Assembly (NCBI GenBank): GCA_964016885.1
Contig: OZ024743.1
Coordinates: 334,056,001-334,120,000 of the forward strand
DNA from: Eledone cirrhosa
Lineage: Eukaryota
DNA: 64,000 nucleotides
Direction: 5' to 3'
The translations under genes and the position numbers were made by a program. How positions within the stretch are numbered: the stretch's first letter is position 1; every line of letters begins with the position of its first letter. The notes below the pieces were generated by a model. The model had not been told where the DNA came from. It did no database searches and saw only the letters and a program-made list of their open reading frames with translations. This document shows, piece after piece, positions 26,204 to 43,349 of the stretch.

Positions 26204-27294
26204 TATATATATATATATATTTTATGTGTGTATGTATGTGTATTTTATATATATGTATATATATATATGTATTATGAAAATAAAGCAAAGAAGCCTTCAA
26301 TACATCAAAAGTCTTTATTAGGGTGTTTAACTCCAACACACTCTAGTATTTTAATTCTTATATATATATGTATATATTTTATATATATGTCTTTTATATA
26401 TATATATATGTATGTATATTTTATATGTGTATATGTTTTATATATGTATATATTTTATATATGTGTATGTATTTTATATATATATATATGTTTTATATAT
26501 GTATATTTTATATATATATATATGTATTTTATATGTATATATGTATACTTGTGCGTACATATATATATATACACATCTGTATGGATTTGTGTGTGTAGAT
26601 GTGTGTGTGTCTGAGGCGGTAGGTGTGAGTGTATGTACAAATTAACCAACATAAGCCTTTTATTTCTAAATTTTCTAAACTATCTAAGTATTGGACTCTA
26701 ACCATTATTTTAAGTATTACCACCCCACATTAATTCCTCAATTTGTATGTGTGGATGTGTGTGTGTGTGTCTGTGGAGGTGGGTGTGAGTGTACGTGCAA
26801 GCCAACCTACATAAGTCTTTTTATTTGTAAATTTTCTACTCTAACCATAATTTTCAGTAGCGCCACTCCACATAAATTCCTCAATTTAAGAATGACCTGT
26901 AGTATCTATTTCATACTATTAACCTTAATTGAATATATATCTGACCAGGAATGCTTTTTGTGAAAATTAGTCATATTGAACTATTGTCATCTTGCCTGAC
27001 GGTTTGAACTTTACAAAACCACCTGCCTCTTTGAGGTCAAATACCAACCCTACTAGCATCTACAAACTGACCAATGAAAATTAAGACTATTCCTGCTGAC
27101 GACATTAAATTATTCCTAACAAGCTCATATGTCCCAAGGCTCTGATACCATCAACACTATAAACATAGAGCTGGCATATCTAAGAACTGATTAACTGCCT
27201 GATGAGGTCATAGCCATTCAATGGCTATCATCGAAATATATATAGCAGAAAATAAAGGATTATGAGTTCATGCAATTGACTTATACTTCGTCAC

Positions 27295-27295
<1 letters not shown>
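23790..27295 (+). mobile_element. 5'-truncated Naiad-type Penelope element
   Basis: KDHKPNF..VRLIAP, ITMGSSDSAQ, GLYRDD (23974-24840); WYNPPY, CNCRDPLLCP, VIY..YIG, CNLC, CRH (25038-25979); long Pro/Thr-rich linker; HHR at 27195-27248 is the presumed 3' pLTR. Confidence 0.85.
27195..27248 (+). ncRNA. Minimal type I hammerhead ribozyme
   Basis: CTGC-CTGATGA-GGTCATAGCCATTCAATGGCTATCATC-GAAA-TATATA-T-A-GCAG. Confidence 0.85.
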
Positions 27296-27326
<31 letters not shown>

Positions 27327-27329
27327 TAT

Positions 27330-27378
<49 letters not shown>

Positions 27379-27442
27379 AATATATATATATACATATACA
27401 ATATTAAATATGTATATATATATATATGTATATATATATATG

Positions 27443-31116
<3,674 letters not shown>

Positions 31117-31131
31117 TATATAAATATATAT

Positions 31132-31610
31132 TTTTGAGTTTATGTTGGTTGTATACCAACACCTCAGTATGCAGGCTTGAGCACTCGACGAAGTGCGCAG
31201 GTTGGTTTGGTTACTCCGGAGTAGTGTAAAATAAAGTTAAATAAAAGTCAAATGATTAAAATTTAGCTTCGTTTATTACTGCTATATATATTTCAGTGAC
31301 AGCCATCTTTGGCTGTGACCTCTTCAGGCAGTTTGAATTAGTATGGTATAGACAAGTACATATGTTGTTTAGGCGTATAATATTGTCAATACTCTGATAT
31401 GCCCAGTTCCTTGTTGGGTTGTTAATTCACTGCATATCAGAGTATTGACAATATTATACACCTAAACAGCATATGTACTTGTCTATACCATACTAATTCA
31501 AACTGCCTGAAGAGGTCACAGCCAAAGATGGCTGTCACTGAAATATATATAGCAGTAATAAACGAAGCTAAATTTTAATCATTTGACTTTTATTTAACTT
31601 TATTTTATAT
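31132..31610. mobile_element. Inverted pLTR pair with one canonical HHR per strand (31278-31332 minus, 31502-31556 plus)
   Basis: Arms ~31227-31402 and ~31432-31607; ACTGC-CTGAAGA-stem II-GAAA-TATATA-T-A-GCAGT; ~95 nt tail on the left containing CTC..TCGAGTGC. Confidence 0.9.
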
Positions 31611-31679
31611 AAATATATATATATATATGTCGACTGGTCTTTCACGCACACTCACACACCCACGCACACTCACACACCC

Positions 31680-33870
31680 ACTAACATCAAAGAGTCCTGG
31701 CAGACATTTGTGGACACTGTTACAAACATATGTGCAAAGCACACCCCATTAAGAACTATAAACAAATCTAAGAGCAGAATCCATAGAAATAGAAAAACGC
31801 TCATCAGGAAAATTAAGAGAACTAACAAAACAATCAATAAGCTGAAATACTGTCAGCAGCAACATATCAATTTGACTGCCATTTCATCACTAGAGATTAA
31901 AAAACATAACCTCCAAAACAATATGATGTCTATCATCAACAATCAGAGAAGAGCTGAAGAGGCCTGGGCCATTGAGAAGATCAAACTCAATCCCAAAGTG
32001 TTCTTTTCATTTGCAAAAAAAACACAAAATCACTGGCTCTACTGTTGGCCCTCTAATTGATGAAAATGGCACTCTTCAAGACAATGCTAAAACCATGGGT
32101 GAGATACTGCAGAAACAATACTGCTCTGTTTTCAGCAATCCTGATATGGCCGATCTGGGCTGTATCGGCGATGTTACTCCCCATTACACCTTATCGGACA
32201 TAACGTTTGGCGCCCCTGATGTCTTAGCGGCAATAAAGGTAATCAAGCATAATTCAGCAGTAGGTCCCGATAGGTTCCCTGCTTGTGTCTTGAAGGCGTG
32301 TGAACACCAACTTGCATCTCCTCTTGCCAATCTGTGGCGGAACTCACTGGATGCTGTGTGCCAGAAAACCTTCTATCCCAGTCTGTTGTCCCAGTTTTCA
32401 AAAAAGGAAACAAATCCCTTGCCGTGAATTACCGTCCAATCTCACTCACCTCTCATATCATTAAGGTATTTGAGAGAGTGGTGAGATCGCGAATGACTCA
32501 CTTCCTTGAGAGTAACAATATGCTGAACTCCAACCAGCATGGATTCCGTAATGGAATGGATTGCCTGACGCAGCTACTGCATCACTTTGATGACATTTTG
32601 AGAGCCTTGGGAGAGGGTTCCAACACTGATGTTATCTACCTTAATTTCAGCAAGGCCTTTGACAGGGTTGATCACAACATTCTACTGAGAAAGCTGTCCA
32701 ATATTGGTGTCACTGGGAAGCTGCTGCAGTGGATCAAGTGCTTTCTGTCAAACAGAAGCCAACATGTTGTAGTCGAAGGAGTCAAATCCAGCCCAGCCAA
32801 AGTCAGTAGTGGGATCCCACAAGGCACTGTGTTGGGCCCACTTCTTTTCATCATCTATATTAATGACATGACTGACATCATCAAACACAGCAACATTAGC
32901 ATTTTTGCTGATGATTCCAAGCTCCAAAAGGTCATCAATGGCGTGGAGGACCGGATAAGCCTTCAGTCAGACCTACTGGCTGTTACCCAATGGGCGGAAA
33001 AAAATATGTTACTGAACGAAGACAAATTCGAACTGATCCACTTTGGAAAAGAGGATGCTCTGAAACTCCCGTACTCCCTTCCCTCCGATGAAACTCTCGT
33101 GGCATCTAACAACATCAGAGACTTGGGAGTAACCGTGGACAGCAACATAAGCTGGGCCAAGCATGTAAGCAGCAAAGTTGACATGGCCCGCAGAATGTGT
33201 TCCTGGATCCTCAGAACCTTCCAGTCGAGAGATTCCCACACCATTATCCTTCTCTTCTCCACTTTTTCCCGACCACACCTTGAATACTGTTGTCCACTGT
33301 GGTCTCCCCACACAAAACAAAGTATCATGAAACTTGAAGCTCCACAAAGGGCAATCACGAAAAAGATAGATGGCATGTCAGACCTTGACTACTGGGGTCG
33401 ACTAGAAAAGCTGAAACTTTACTCACTCCAACGTCGCCGTGAGCGTTATATTATCTGCATGATGTGGAAAATGTTTCATCAGCACTGCCCAAATGATGTT
33501 GGCATCACCTTCAAAATACACCCAAGGCTTGGGCCCCGTGCTACCGTCCCAAACAAAAATCTAAATCGCAACTCATAACAACCATACGGCACAATTATTT
33601 CACCTCAATTGGCCCTGCTCTCTTCAACATCACACCAGGACACGTCAAAATAGAAACTGGCCACACAAAATTCAAGAAGTCTTTGGACAATTTCCTCCAA
33701 GTAATCCCGGACAAACCACCCACACCCGGATATGTCTCCGCAAACAGTAATTCTCTTCTCGAATGGGCCATGGTGCTCAAATCCTGAATTGAAAGACTTC
33801 GCCAGGTGGTGCTATTAAGTTAGACATGGCCTGGGCCAATACTGGCCAAAACATTTCAAAGTTATTCAAA
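31680..33870 (+). mobile_element. 5'-truncated CR1/L2-group LINE (RT and 3' end)
   Basis: NYRPISLTS, QHGFR, LNFSKAFDRVDH, SGIPQGTVLGPLLF, FADD, LEYCCPLWSP, YWGRLEKLKLYSLQRRRERY; frameshifts. Confidence 0.9.
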
Positions 33871-33871
33871 G

Positions 33872-34192
33872 TTATATATATATATGTATATACAGTATAT
33901 ATATGTATATATGTATATATATATATACAGTATATATATGTATATATAAATGTATATGTATATATGTATATGTATATATGTATATATATATATGTATATA
34001 TATGTATATATATATGTATATATATATATGTATATATGTATATGTATATATGTATATATATATATATGTATATGTATATATCTATATATATATATATGTA
34101 TATATGTATATATATATATGTATATATATATGTATATATGTATATGTATATATCTATATATGTATATATATATATGTATATGTGTATATATG

Positions 34193-34223
<31 letters not shown>

Positions 34224-34272
34224 GTATATATGTATATATGTATATATATGTATATATGTATATGTATATATG

Positions 34273-34322
<50 letters not shown>

Positions 34323-34378
34323 TATATGTGTATATGTATATGTATGTATATATGTATATATGTATATGTATATATATA
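33872..34378. repeat. Complex (TA)n/(TATG)n microsatellite; similar tracts at 22730-23308, 41016-41337 and 43855-44306
   Basis: Direct inspection. Confidence 0.95.
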
Positions 34379-35088
34379 TTGACTTTAGGAAGGCCTTTGA
34401 TTATGTGGATCGTCACTGCCTGATGAAGATCTTACAGGCTTATGGAATCCCCAAGAAGCTAGTGGACCTGATATCACTGCTCTATACCAACACCAAAGCC
34501 CAAGTCGTTACACCTGATGGGACGACAGAGTTATTTGAGATACTGGCTGGAGTGCTCCAGGGAGATACGTTGGCTCCCTACCTTTTTATCATCGTAGTGG
34601 ACTATTGTATGCGCCTTGCACTGGAGAAACGCCAGGATTCTGGCTTTACTGTAGCACCGGCTCAGAGCAGGAGAGTTAAGGCGAAAAAGATATCAGATGC
34701 TGAATTTACCGACGACATAGTTTTGGTGACAAATATAGTGAAGGAGGCAGAGGATTTGATGCAGGAAGTTGAGACTGTGTCGATGAGTGTGGGGTTGAGA
34801 ATGAATGAGTCTAAGACAAAATGTCTGGTAGAGAATGTTGAGAAGCCAGAGTGGATTACTAATGTAGGCGGGAAGCCGCTGGAATTAGTTGAGGACTTCC
34901 AGAGTTGACACTTCTCTTAGTGCTCCTGTGGGAGACCCTGAATGGACACACTGGAAGAGGAAGACCAAGGTTAACATATGTTGATGCCCTAAGGACAGAC
35001 ACTGGTCTGTTGAAGACGCAGGACATGGCAGCGATAATGAGACCACTGGAGAGAACTCGTCCATGGATCTCGGGAATTTTACCCGCCC
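34378..35088 (+). mobile_element. RTE/RTEX LINE fragment with internal deletion
   Basis: [29 protein letters not shown], then a jump near 34900 to GRGRPRLTYVD. Confidence 0.85.
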
Positions 35089-35101
35089 TATATATATATA
35101 T

Positions 35102-38100
35102 ATAGGAACGAGTAGGACCCCGACGGCTGAGCTCAAGCCGTTTCGACGGCTAATTCTGGACTAAATGAACATTTTTATCCTGGTATTTGAATAGCCGAGC
35201 TTCTCAAGTGGTAATTCCATATATGGTAAAAGTGATTGTCACAAGGATTGGTCAAAAGTTTGTTGTTGATGGCAATTTGTGGAGGGAAGGGGTAGCTGAA
35301 CCTGCCAGTAGGAGAAAGTGGGAGAGGGGGTGGAAGAGACCCATTCATGCGTTGATAGTGCCGACTACAGCTGGGTGTGAGGTCAAAGAAGATACTAAGG
35401 AGGGGAGGGGTAGGAAGTCGAAACAATAAGTAGAACAATATGGGGTAAATGTATAGAAAAATACCGAAAGTGTTAAAAAGCAATTAAATGTAAAAAAAAA
35501 AAAACAATTTCTGATTACTACGACCTAAGTCTCTCACTGGTACTGCTAGGCTAAAGAAAGGTATACTAGGTGGGACGGAATTATAATGAGACCCTTTTAA
35601 GAGGTATAAGTAATAAACCGAGTATATCTTACGGTGACGGGTCAACAAGTGAGGGGCCAAAATACTAAAGAAACTACCACGAAATAATAAATAAAGGTTT
35701 CCTACCCCAGGCACAAGGCCAGCAACCACCCAGTGCAAAAAAGTAAACTAATACAAAATAATAATTCAGAGTCCCGAAAAAGAATACTAATACTATCTCT
35801 AAGGGTGCCGCCACGATACAAAAGTTCTAGTGCAAGCTACATAAAAGCTCGTACGAGGTACATGTAAAATTTGATACGGAAAATTAATTCACCCCCCCCC
35901 CCCAAATATAAATACTGATACACGAGAAATTAAAGCAAATATATCACTAAGAAATATAGAAGGCACGGGAATGGGGCAGCGGTCGGATAAGAGGGCAAGT
36001 ATCCGGGGTCTAACACATCTGCTATAAAAAGCGGAGTCGGCCAAATCTATCATAGAGTAGGGGAAGGGGGTGGGGGTACTGAGGATACAAAGGACCGAGG
36101 GGCTGCCTCGGGTGGGCGAGAAAAAGATGACGACAAAGAAAGAGAACTGGGGTGGAAGGACTAGGGAGGGATGGGGGAAGAAGGAAATATAGAGGAAGCG
36201 ATAAAAAGATATAAAAGAAGATCTTACGTCTACCTTTGCAAGCAGGGGTTACCCATTACAAAATCGGCAAGTGGGGTGTTATAGCCCTAGTCTACCCCAC
36301 CACCATCCCCTGGGTCATTATGGGGTTTGAGGGCGAGGTAAGTCCTACGCAATCTGTGTTTACATGCAGTAACCATTTCATCTTTCTTGTTTAGGAGTTG
36401 GTCCGTCGAAAACAGCATTTGTAAAGTTTCCTCCGAGCATAAATTGCACGGACGGCGGCGCCCCCCCCCCCCGTGTAAGAGTTGGCTCTGGACAGTAAGC
36501 TCCAAGTGAGATCATAGGTAATGTTGTTATCCTTGAGGTACCATATGTGGCCCGAAAGTGTAGTGGTGTGACGCCGGGCCGGGTTTCCGGAAGGTATGTC
36601 TGTGTTGGTATAGCCGGGTCTTGAAGTCACATGCGGTTAATCCTATATAAGCTTTGTTGGAGGTGTCTGTCGTCCTCACGTTGCACTGGTAGATCACATT
36701 ACGATCTCTGCATCTGTTGTCGAGCGGGAAAATGGATCCATCAGGACAGTTGCACTTCCTGGTCGGCTCTCCACTGCTATTTAGGTTATTTCTTCCATAG
36801 GGGTTGAGTTTTTTGTTGTTAGAGGAGACGATGCTTTGTGCAAAGTTTGGTGTAGTGCAGTATGAGAGTCTGATGGTATTTGTGTTAATTATGTTGTGGT
36901 AGCAGTGTTGTTATGGGAAGTGCTTTTCAATGAGCCTAAAGAAGATTTTCCCGATAGGAGTTGTCACCTCGGCGTTGTAGGGAGGATTGAACCATGTTAC
37001 ATTGCGTGAGCAGCGGTGTCGCCTGCTGGTTCCGCTAATGGGAGCTGGACAGTAGGATATTTCCTCCCGGAAACAACTCCGCTTGAGGGTCTGGTTGTAA
37101 TAAGGCGCATATTTATCGAATATCTGCTCATTAGCTGACAAACGGGATATGCGGAGGGAGATGTTTTTAACCAGGTTATTGGTGATGTTCCTAGGATGGT
37201 TTGACCGGCGGTGGATGTAGTGCAGGTTGTCGTTAGGTTTCCTGTATGGGTAGTACAGATCATTATCGAGGTCAAGGGTAACATCCAGGAAGTTTACTCG
37301 GACGTTTGTAGGGTTATTTTAAATCTCCAGTCGCGGAAGAAGCTGATTAATTGTTTACGGACCCGATCTGTACTACTGGGGTTGTACCCTTTAAGGGTAA
37401 GGAGCCCATCATCACGGTACAATCCACCGCCGAATACAGGAAGCATATCGGTGAGTTTGGCTATTAGGAATAATCCTATAAGATCTGTGACCTCAGACGA
37501 ATCCGTCGCGCCCATGCTGACGTCGAAGGGTTAGTCGGGAGCTCTCTTTATCCATTTGGAGTTGTCGAAGAGTAAGACTGTCTTCCTGGCTTGGAGGATG
37601 ATGTTTCTTTCCTGGTCGGTGATGGGCACAAGTGCTTCGGCGAAGTCTAAGGCGGCCGTAAGTAGCGGTAAGGTGATTGAAGCATAGTAACTCTCTATGT
37701 CAAACTGGATGAATTTAGTGTCTCGTTTTTCCTCCATATTGCTGAACCATGAGATTACTTCATAGGCTAAGTCGGGCGTGTTGCTTATCTTTTGGTATCA
37801 CGCGTTCTAGGATTTTTTTGCTGATTCTCCCTATATTGGACTTCGTTGGGTTTATAAGCCTGATAGAAGGTTTACGGTTGAAATCGGATTTGTGGTCCTT
37901 CAGTGTGAAGTGGGGTGTCCATGGTGCACTCGGATAAAACTGGTAACCTCTACTTTGTCAACCCCGATAGATACCACACACTGATCAGGAGCAGCCTAAA
38001 CTCCACCTATAAAAAGGCTAACCACTCATGCATCGAGGACATAAATCGAGATGGACAACAAATTACCTCCAGCCTCGGGGTCGCCGACCGCACGGAACCC

Positions 38101-41014
38101 CTAGACCCACGGACACCCCACTTCACACTGAAGGACCACAAATCTGATTTCGACCGTAAACCTTCTATCAGGCTTATAAACCCAACGAAGTCCGACATAG
38201 GGAGAATCAGCAAAAAAATCCTAGAACGCGTGATACCAAAAGTTAAGCAACACGCCCGACTTAGCCTATGAGTCAACACCCATGAAGTAATCTCATGGTT
38301 CAGCAATATGGAGGAAAAACGAGACACTAAATTCATCTAGTTTGACATAGAGAGTTAACTATGTTTCAATCACCTTACCGCTACTTACGGCCGCCTTGGA
38401 CTTCGACGAAGCACTTGTGCCCATCACCGACCAGGAAAGAAACATCATCCTCCACGCCAGGAAGACAGTCTTACTCTTCGACAACTCCAAATGGATAAAG
38501 AGAGCTCCCGACTAACCCTTCGACGTCAGTATGGGCGCGACGGATTCGGCTGAGGTCACAGATCTTATAGGATTGTTCCTAATAGCCAAACTCACCGATA
38601 TGCTTCCTGCATTCGGCGGTGGATTGTACCGTGATGATGGGCTCCTTGCCCTTAAAGGGTACAACTCCAGTAGTACACATCGGGTCCGTAAACAATTAAT
38701 CAGCTTCTTCCGCGACTGAGGATTTAAAATAACCCTACAAACGTCCCTGACCCGAGTAAACTTCCTGGATGTTACCCTTGACCTCGATAATGATCTGTAC
38801 TACCCATACAGGAAACCTAATGACAACCTGCACTACATCCACCGCCTGTCAAACCATCCTAGGAACATCACCAATAACCTGGTTAAAAACATCTCCCTCT
38901 GCATATCCCGTTTGTCAGCTAATGAGCAGATATTCGATAAACATGCGCCTTATTACAATCAGGCCCTCATGCGGAATTGTTTCCGGGAGGAAATATCCTA
39001 CTGTCCAGCTCCCATTAGCGGAACCAGCAGGCGACGCCGCCGCTCACACAATTTAACATGGTTCAATCCTCCCTACAACGCCGAGGTGACAACTCCTATC
39101 GGGAAAATCTTCTTTAGGCTCATTGAAAAACACTTCCCACTACAACACTGCTACCACAACATAATTAACAAAAATACCATCAAACTCTCTTACAGCACTA
39201 CACCAAACTTTGCACAAAACATCGTCTCCTCTAACAACAAAAAACTCAACCCCTATGGAAGAAATAACCTAAATAGCAGTGGAGAGCCGACCAGGAGGTG
39301 CAACTGTCCTGATGGATCCATTTTCCTCCTCGACAACGGATGCAGAGATCGTAATGTGATCTACCAGTGCAACGTGAGGACGGACACCTCCAACAAAGCT
39401 TATATAGGATTAACCGCATGTGACTTCAAGACCCGGCTATACCAACACAGATATACCTTCCGAAACCCGGCCCGGCCTCACGCCACTACACTCTCGGGCC
39501 ACATATGGTACCTCAAGGATAACAACATTACCTATGATCTCACTTGGAGCTTACTGTCCAGAGCCAACTCTTACACGGGGGGGGGGGGGGGGCGCCGCCG
39601 TCCGTGCAATTTATGCTCGGAGGAAACTTTACAAATGCTGTTTTCGACGGACCAACTCCTAAACAAGAAAGATGAAATGGTTACTGCATGTAAACACAGA
39701 TTGCGTAGGACTTACCTCGCCCTCAAACCCCATAATGACCCAGGGGATGGTGGTGGGGTAGACTAGGGCTATAACACCCCACTTGCCGATTATGTAATGG
39801 GTAACCCCTGCTTGCAAAGGTAGACGTAAGATCTTCTTTTATATCTTTTTATCGCTTCCTCTATATTTCCTTCTTCCCCCATCCCTCCCTAGTCCTTCCA
39901 CCCCAGTTCTCTTTCTTTGTCGTCATCTTTTTCTCGCCCACCCGAGGCAGCCCCTCGGTCCTTTGTATCCTCAGTACCCCCACCCCCTTCCCCTACTCTA
40001 TGATAGATTTGGCCGACTCCGCTTTTTATAGCAGATGTGTTAGACCCCGGATACTTGCCCTCTTATCCGACCGCTGCCCCATTCCCGTGCCTTCTATATT
40101 TCTTAGTGATATCTTTGCTTTAATTTCTCGTGTATCAGTATTTATATTTGGGGGGGGGGGGTGAATTAATTTTCCGTATCAAATTTTACATGTACCTCGT
40201 ACGAGCTTTTATGTAGCTTGCACTAGAACTTTTGTATCGTGGCGGCACCCTTAGAGATAGTATTAGTATTCTTTTTCGGGACTCTGAATTATTATTTTGT
40301 ATTAGTTTACTTTTTTGCACTGGGTGGTTGCTGGCCTTGTGCCTGGGGTAGGAAACCTTTATTTATTATTTCGTGGTAGTTTCTTTAGTATTTTGACCCC
40401 TCACTTGTTGACCCGTCACCGTAAGATATACTCGGTTTATTACTTATACCTCTTAAAAGGGTCTCATTATAATTCCGTCCCAACTAGTATACCTTTCTTT
40501 AGCCTAGCAGTACCAGTGAGAGACTTAGGTCGTAGTAACCAGAAATTGTTTATTTTTTGTTACATTTAATTGCTTTTTAACACTTTCGGTATTTTTCTAA
40601 ACATTTACCCCATATTGTTCTACTTATTGTTTCGACTTCCTCCCCCTCCCCTCCTTAGTATCTTCTTTGACCTCACGCCCAGCTGTAGTCGGCACTATCA
40701 ACGCATGAATGGGTCTCTTCCACCTCCTCTCCCTCTTTCTCCTACTGGCAGATTCAGCTACCCCTTCCCTCCACAAATTGCCATCAACAACAAACTTTTG
40801 ACCAATCCTTTTACCATATATGGGATTACCCCTTGAGAAGCTCGGCTATTCAAATACCAGGATAAACATGTTCATTTAGTCCAGAATTAGCCGTCGAAAC
40901 GGATTGAGCTCAGCCGTCGGGGTCCTACTCGTTCCTATTACCCACTCTACTACCCTAAGTATTGAGTACTTTGGTGCGTTATGGTCCACCTGGTTCCTTA
41001 CCACATTTTCTCCG

Positions 41015-41016
<2 letters not shown>
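35102..41016. mobile_element. Naiad-type Penelope insertion as a large inverted duplication (arms ~2.8 kb)
   Basis: 35102-37920 (minus) mirrors 38111-40938 (plus); both carry MGATDS, GLYRDDGL, WFNPPY, YIG, CNLC, CKH; (TA)n flanks. Confidence 0.93.
40828..40923 (+). ncRNA. Type I HHR with U3-A8 core and extended stem II (mirror copy at 35117-35212 minus)
   Basis: ACCCC-TTGAGAA-G..CGGCTA..TAGCCG..C-GAAA-CGGMTTGAGCTCAGCCG-T-C-GGGGT. Confidence 0.72.
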
Positions 41017-41084
<68 letters not shown>

Positions 41085-41201
41085 ATATGTGTATATATAT
41101 ATATATGTATATGTATATATATATATATGTATATGTATATATATATAGGTATATGTATATATATATATGTATATATATATATGTATATATATATGTATAT
41201 A

Positions 41202-41234
<33 letters not shown>

Positions 41235-41269
41235 ATATGTATATATATATGTATGTATATATATATTTG

Positions 41270-41324
<55 letters not shown>

Positions 41325-42409
41325 GTATATATGTATATCTATATATATAAAGGGAAGATGGACATTGTTTGGTTTTCGGAACTTGCATGCTACACCGTTC
41401 ATCCAATTTTGATGAAACCTCACACATATATAAAACTCAACGCGTAGAGTGGAATAGGCTACTTGAAATCTTTGAAAAATCGATAATCGGGCCCTATGAC
41501 AGAATGTTTTTCGATTCCAATGAAATTTTATGTGAATTGGAACACAAGAACTCTTAGTTTACATCTGGCGCAATAAAAATAAATTTCATATGCCCATATA
41601 AGGACGTGCGTTATTGATTGGACGGCCAGCTGCATGTCTTCCCAGCTGTCTCAGTAAACGACCGACCATTAAAGAGTTTATCTTTTCATATTCCACCTTT
41701 TTCAAGTGGAAATACAGTATTATCCCTATCTGAAAAGGGAACCAAATTTAATGGTGTCTTTTGTGATGCTAAAAGCTGTGAGTAAATTTTCAAACAGTCT
41801 TAAATAATCATGCTTTTTGAAAAAAAAATTACTAAATAATACGTTGACCAAGTTGTATTGTACACATACAAAGTTGTAAAAAATGTTACGTCGTACCAAT
41901 GTTTTCCTTTTTTAAACAAAAGATTCTAAAAAATTACTTAATTTATAATACAGTCTTTTGCACAGGAAGTGAGTAACTTTTCGGGTGTTTAAACGTAAGT
42001 TCACCAGGGTTTGTGTCTTCATTATTAGCCCACCTCTAATGGCATTTTTTGTTCTGCTTACGACTAAATGTTATGAGCGTATTTGCAATTAATTGCGCAC
42101 ACGTGCACACCTGCATGCAGATAGACACTGACAGCCAATAAAAAATCGATAACTTGCTTATTAAGATATCGGTCAAAAAGAGAGATTGAATGTACTTTAG
42201 AACATTTTTTGAATATATTGTTCTTTTTGGCATGATATGTCAGAAATATAGCTACTATACACTTTGGTTATTTTTTGTAACTAAAAAACGGTTCCTTTTG
42301 GGTGGATACTTAACGAGAAAAATCCTAGGATTTTGGACAAGTTTATTTCAGGCGCTGTATAGACGCCTATTTTGTCACACCTTGGTCATGAATTCGTATT
42401 CTTTTCCAA

Positions 42410-42667
42410 TAGATATTTTCCGCTCTATAAGGCTCACCAGGATATAAGGCGTATCATTTAAAATCAGGTCCGCGCAACGGCGTGTAAGGCCAACCAGGAA
42501 AATGCTATCTTCTTTACTTTTAGTCTAGATCTATTACTTCTGTTAGAGCCGTGAATGATTACCATTGTATTATTTATACATAAGGCTCACCGGAGTATAA
42601 AGTGCAGAGCTGTTTTTTGATTAAATTTAATTATTTTAAGTGCAATTTATAGACGGGTTAATTCGGT
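42410..42667. mobile_element. Tc1/pogo-like MITE nested in the Helitron
   Basis: TATTTTCCGCTCTATAAGGCTCACC start, internal ATAAGGCTCACCGG repeat, TTTATAGACGGGTTAATTCGGTA end. Confidence 0.5.
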
Positions 42668-42790
42668 AAGTTATTGTAATCATATTTCCAAACCTTCCCA
42701 TTCACCAGTAACCATGCTAACGAATCTGGTGTCATCTCTCTCTGTATTTAATCACCTCTCTCTAACCTAACAGCTTCGTTACACGTCGTT

Positions 42791-43349
42791 ATGCCCACAC
42801 GGAAACGTTCAAGACTTACCCCCAAAAAAGGTACAGCTACTGCTTTGAGACAACGAATTAGGCGTTCTCAGGTATGAGTTCATTCACAATTGATTAATCC
42901 TTTATGCAATATTCTCCCTTAATGTTAGCAAGTACTGCGTTTATCCTAACTGTCACCACTTTTAAGCAACTACAACATTCTAATCGTAGTTATATTAAAT
43001 TTATTGTCTTACCTTGATTCCCTTTTGTTCATGTTAGACTTTTCTCATTTACTATTGACACTGCCATTGGCTTAGCTAACCAGTAGAATTAATTAATTTT
43101 CTCTAGGAAACACCTGCTAAGCGCGAATCTCGACTAGCTGATAGACGTCTTTCCCGGCTGGTTGAGTCACCAACATCACGTACGACAAGGCTTGCTGATA
43201 TTCGCCTCCGTCGCCAACAAGCGCTGACGGAGGAATCACCAACATCCCGTCAGACGAGGCTTGAGGCTGTGGCAAAGGGCAATAACCCTAGATACAATTT
43301 TGATCAACTTTTTTTCACCTATAGCAAATTTACCGGGACAGGTTTTTAG
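42791..43349 (+). CDS. Putative two-exon 107-aa Helitron-derived basic protein with STPR-like repeats (exons 42791-42871, 43107-43349)
   Basis: MPTRKRSRL..RRSQ, donor GTATGA, branch CTAAC, acceptor TTTTCTCTAG, then in frame ETPAKRESRLAD..ESPTSRTTRLAD..ESPTSRQTRLEA. Confidence 0.55.
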
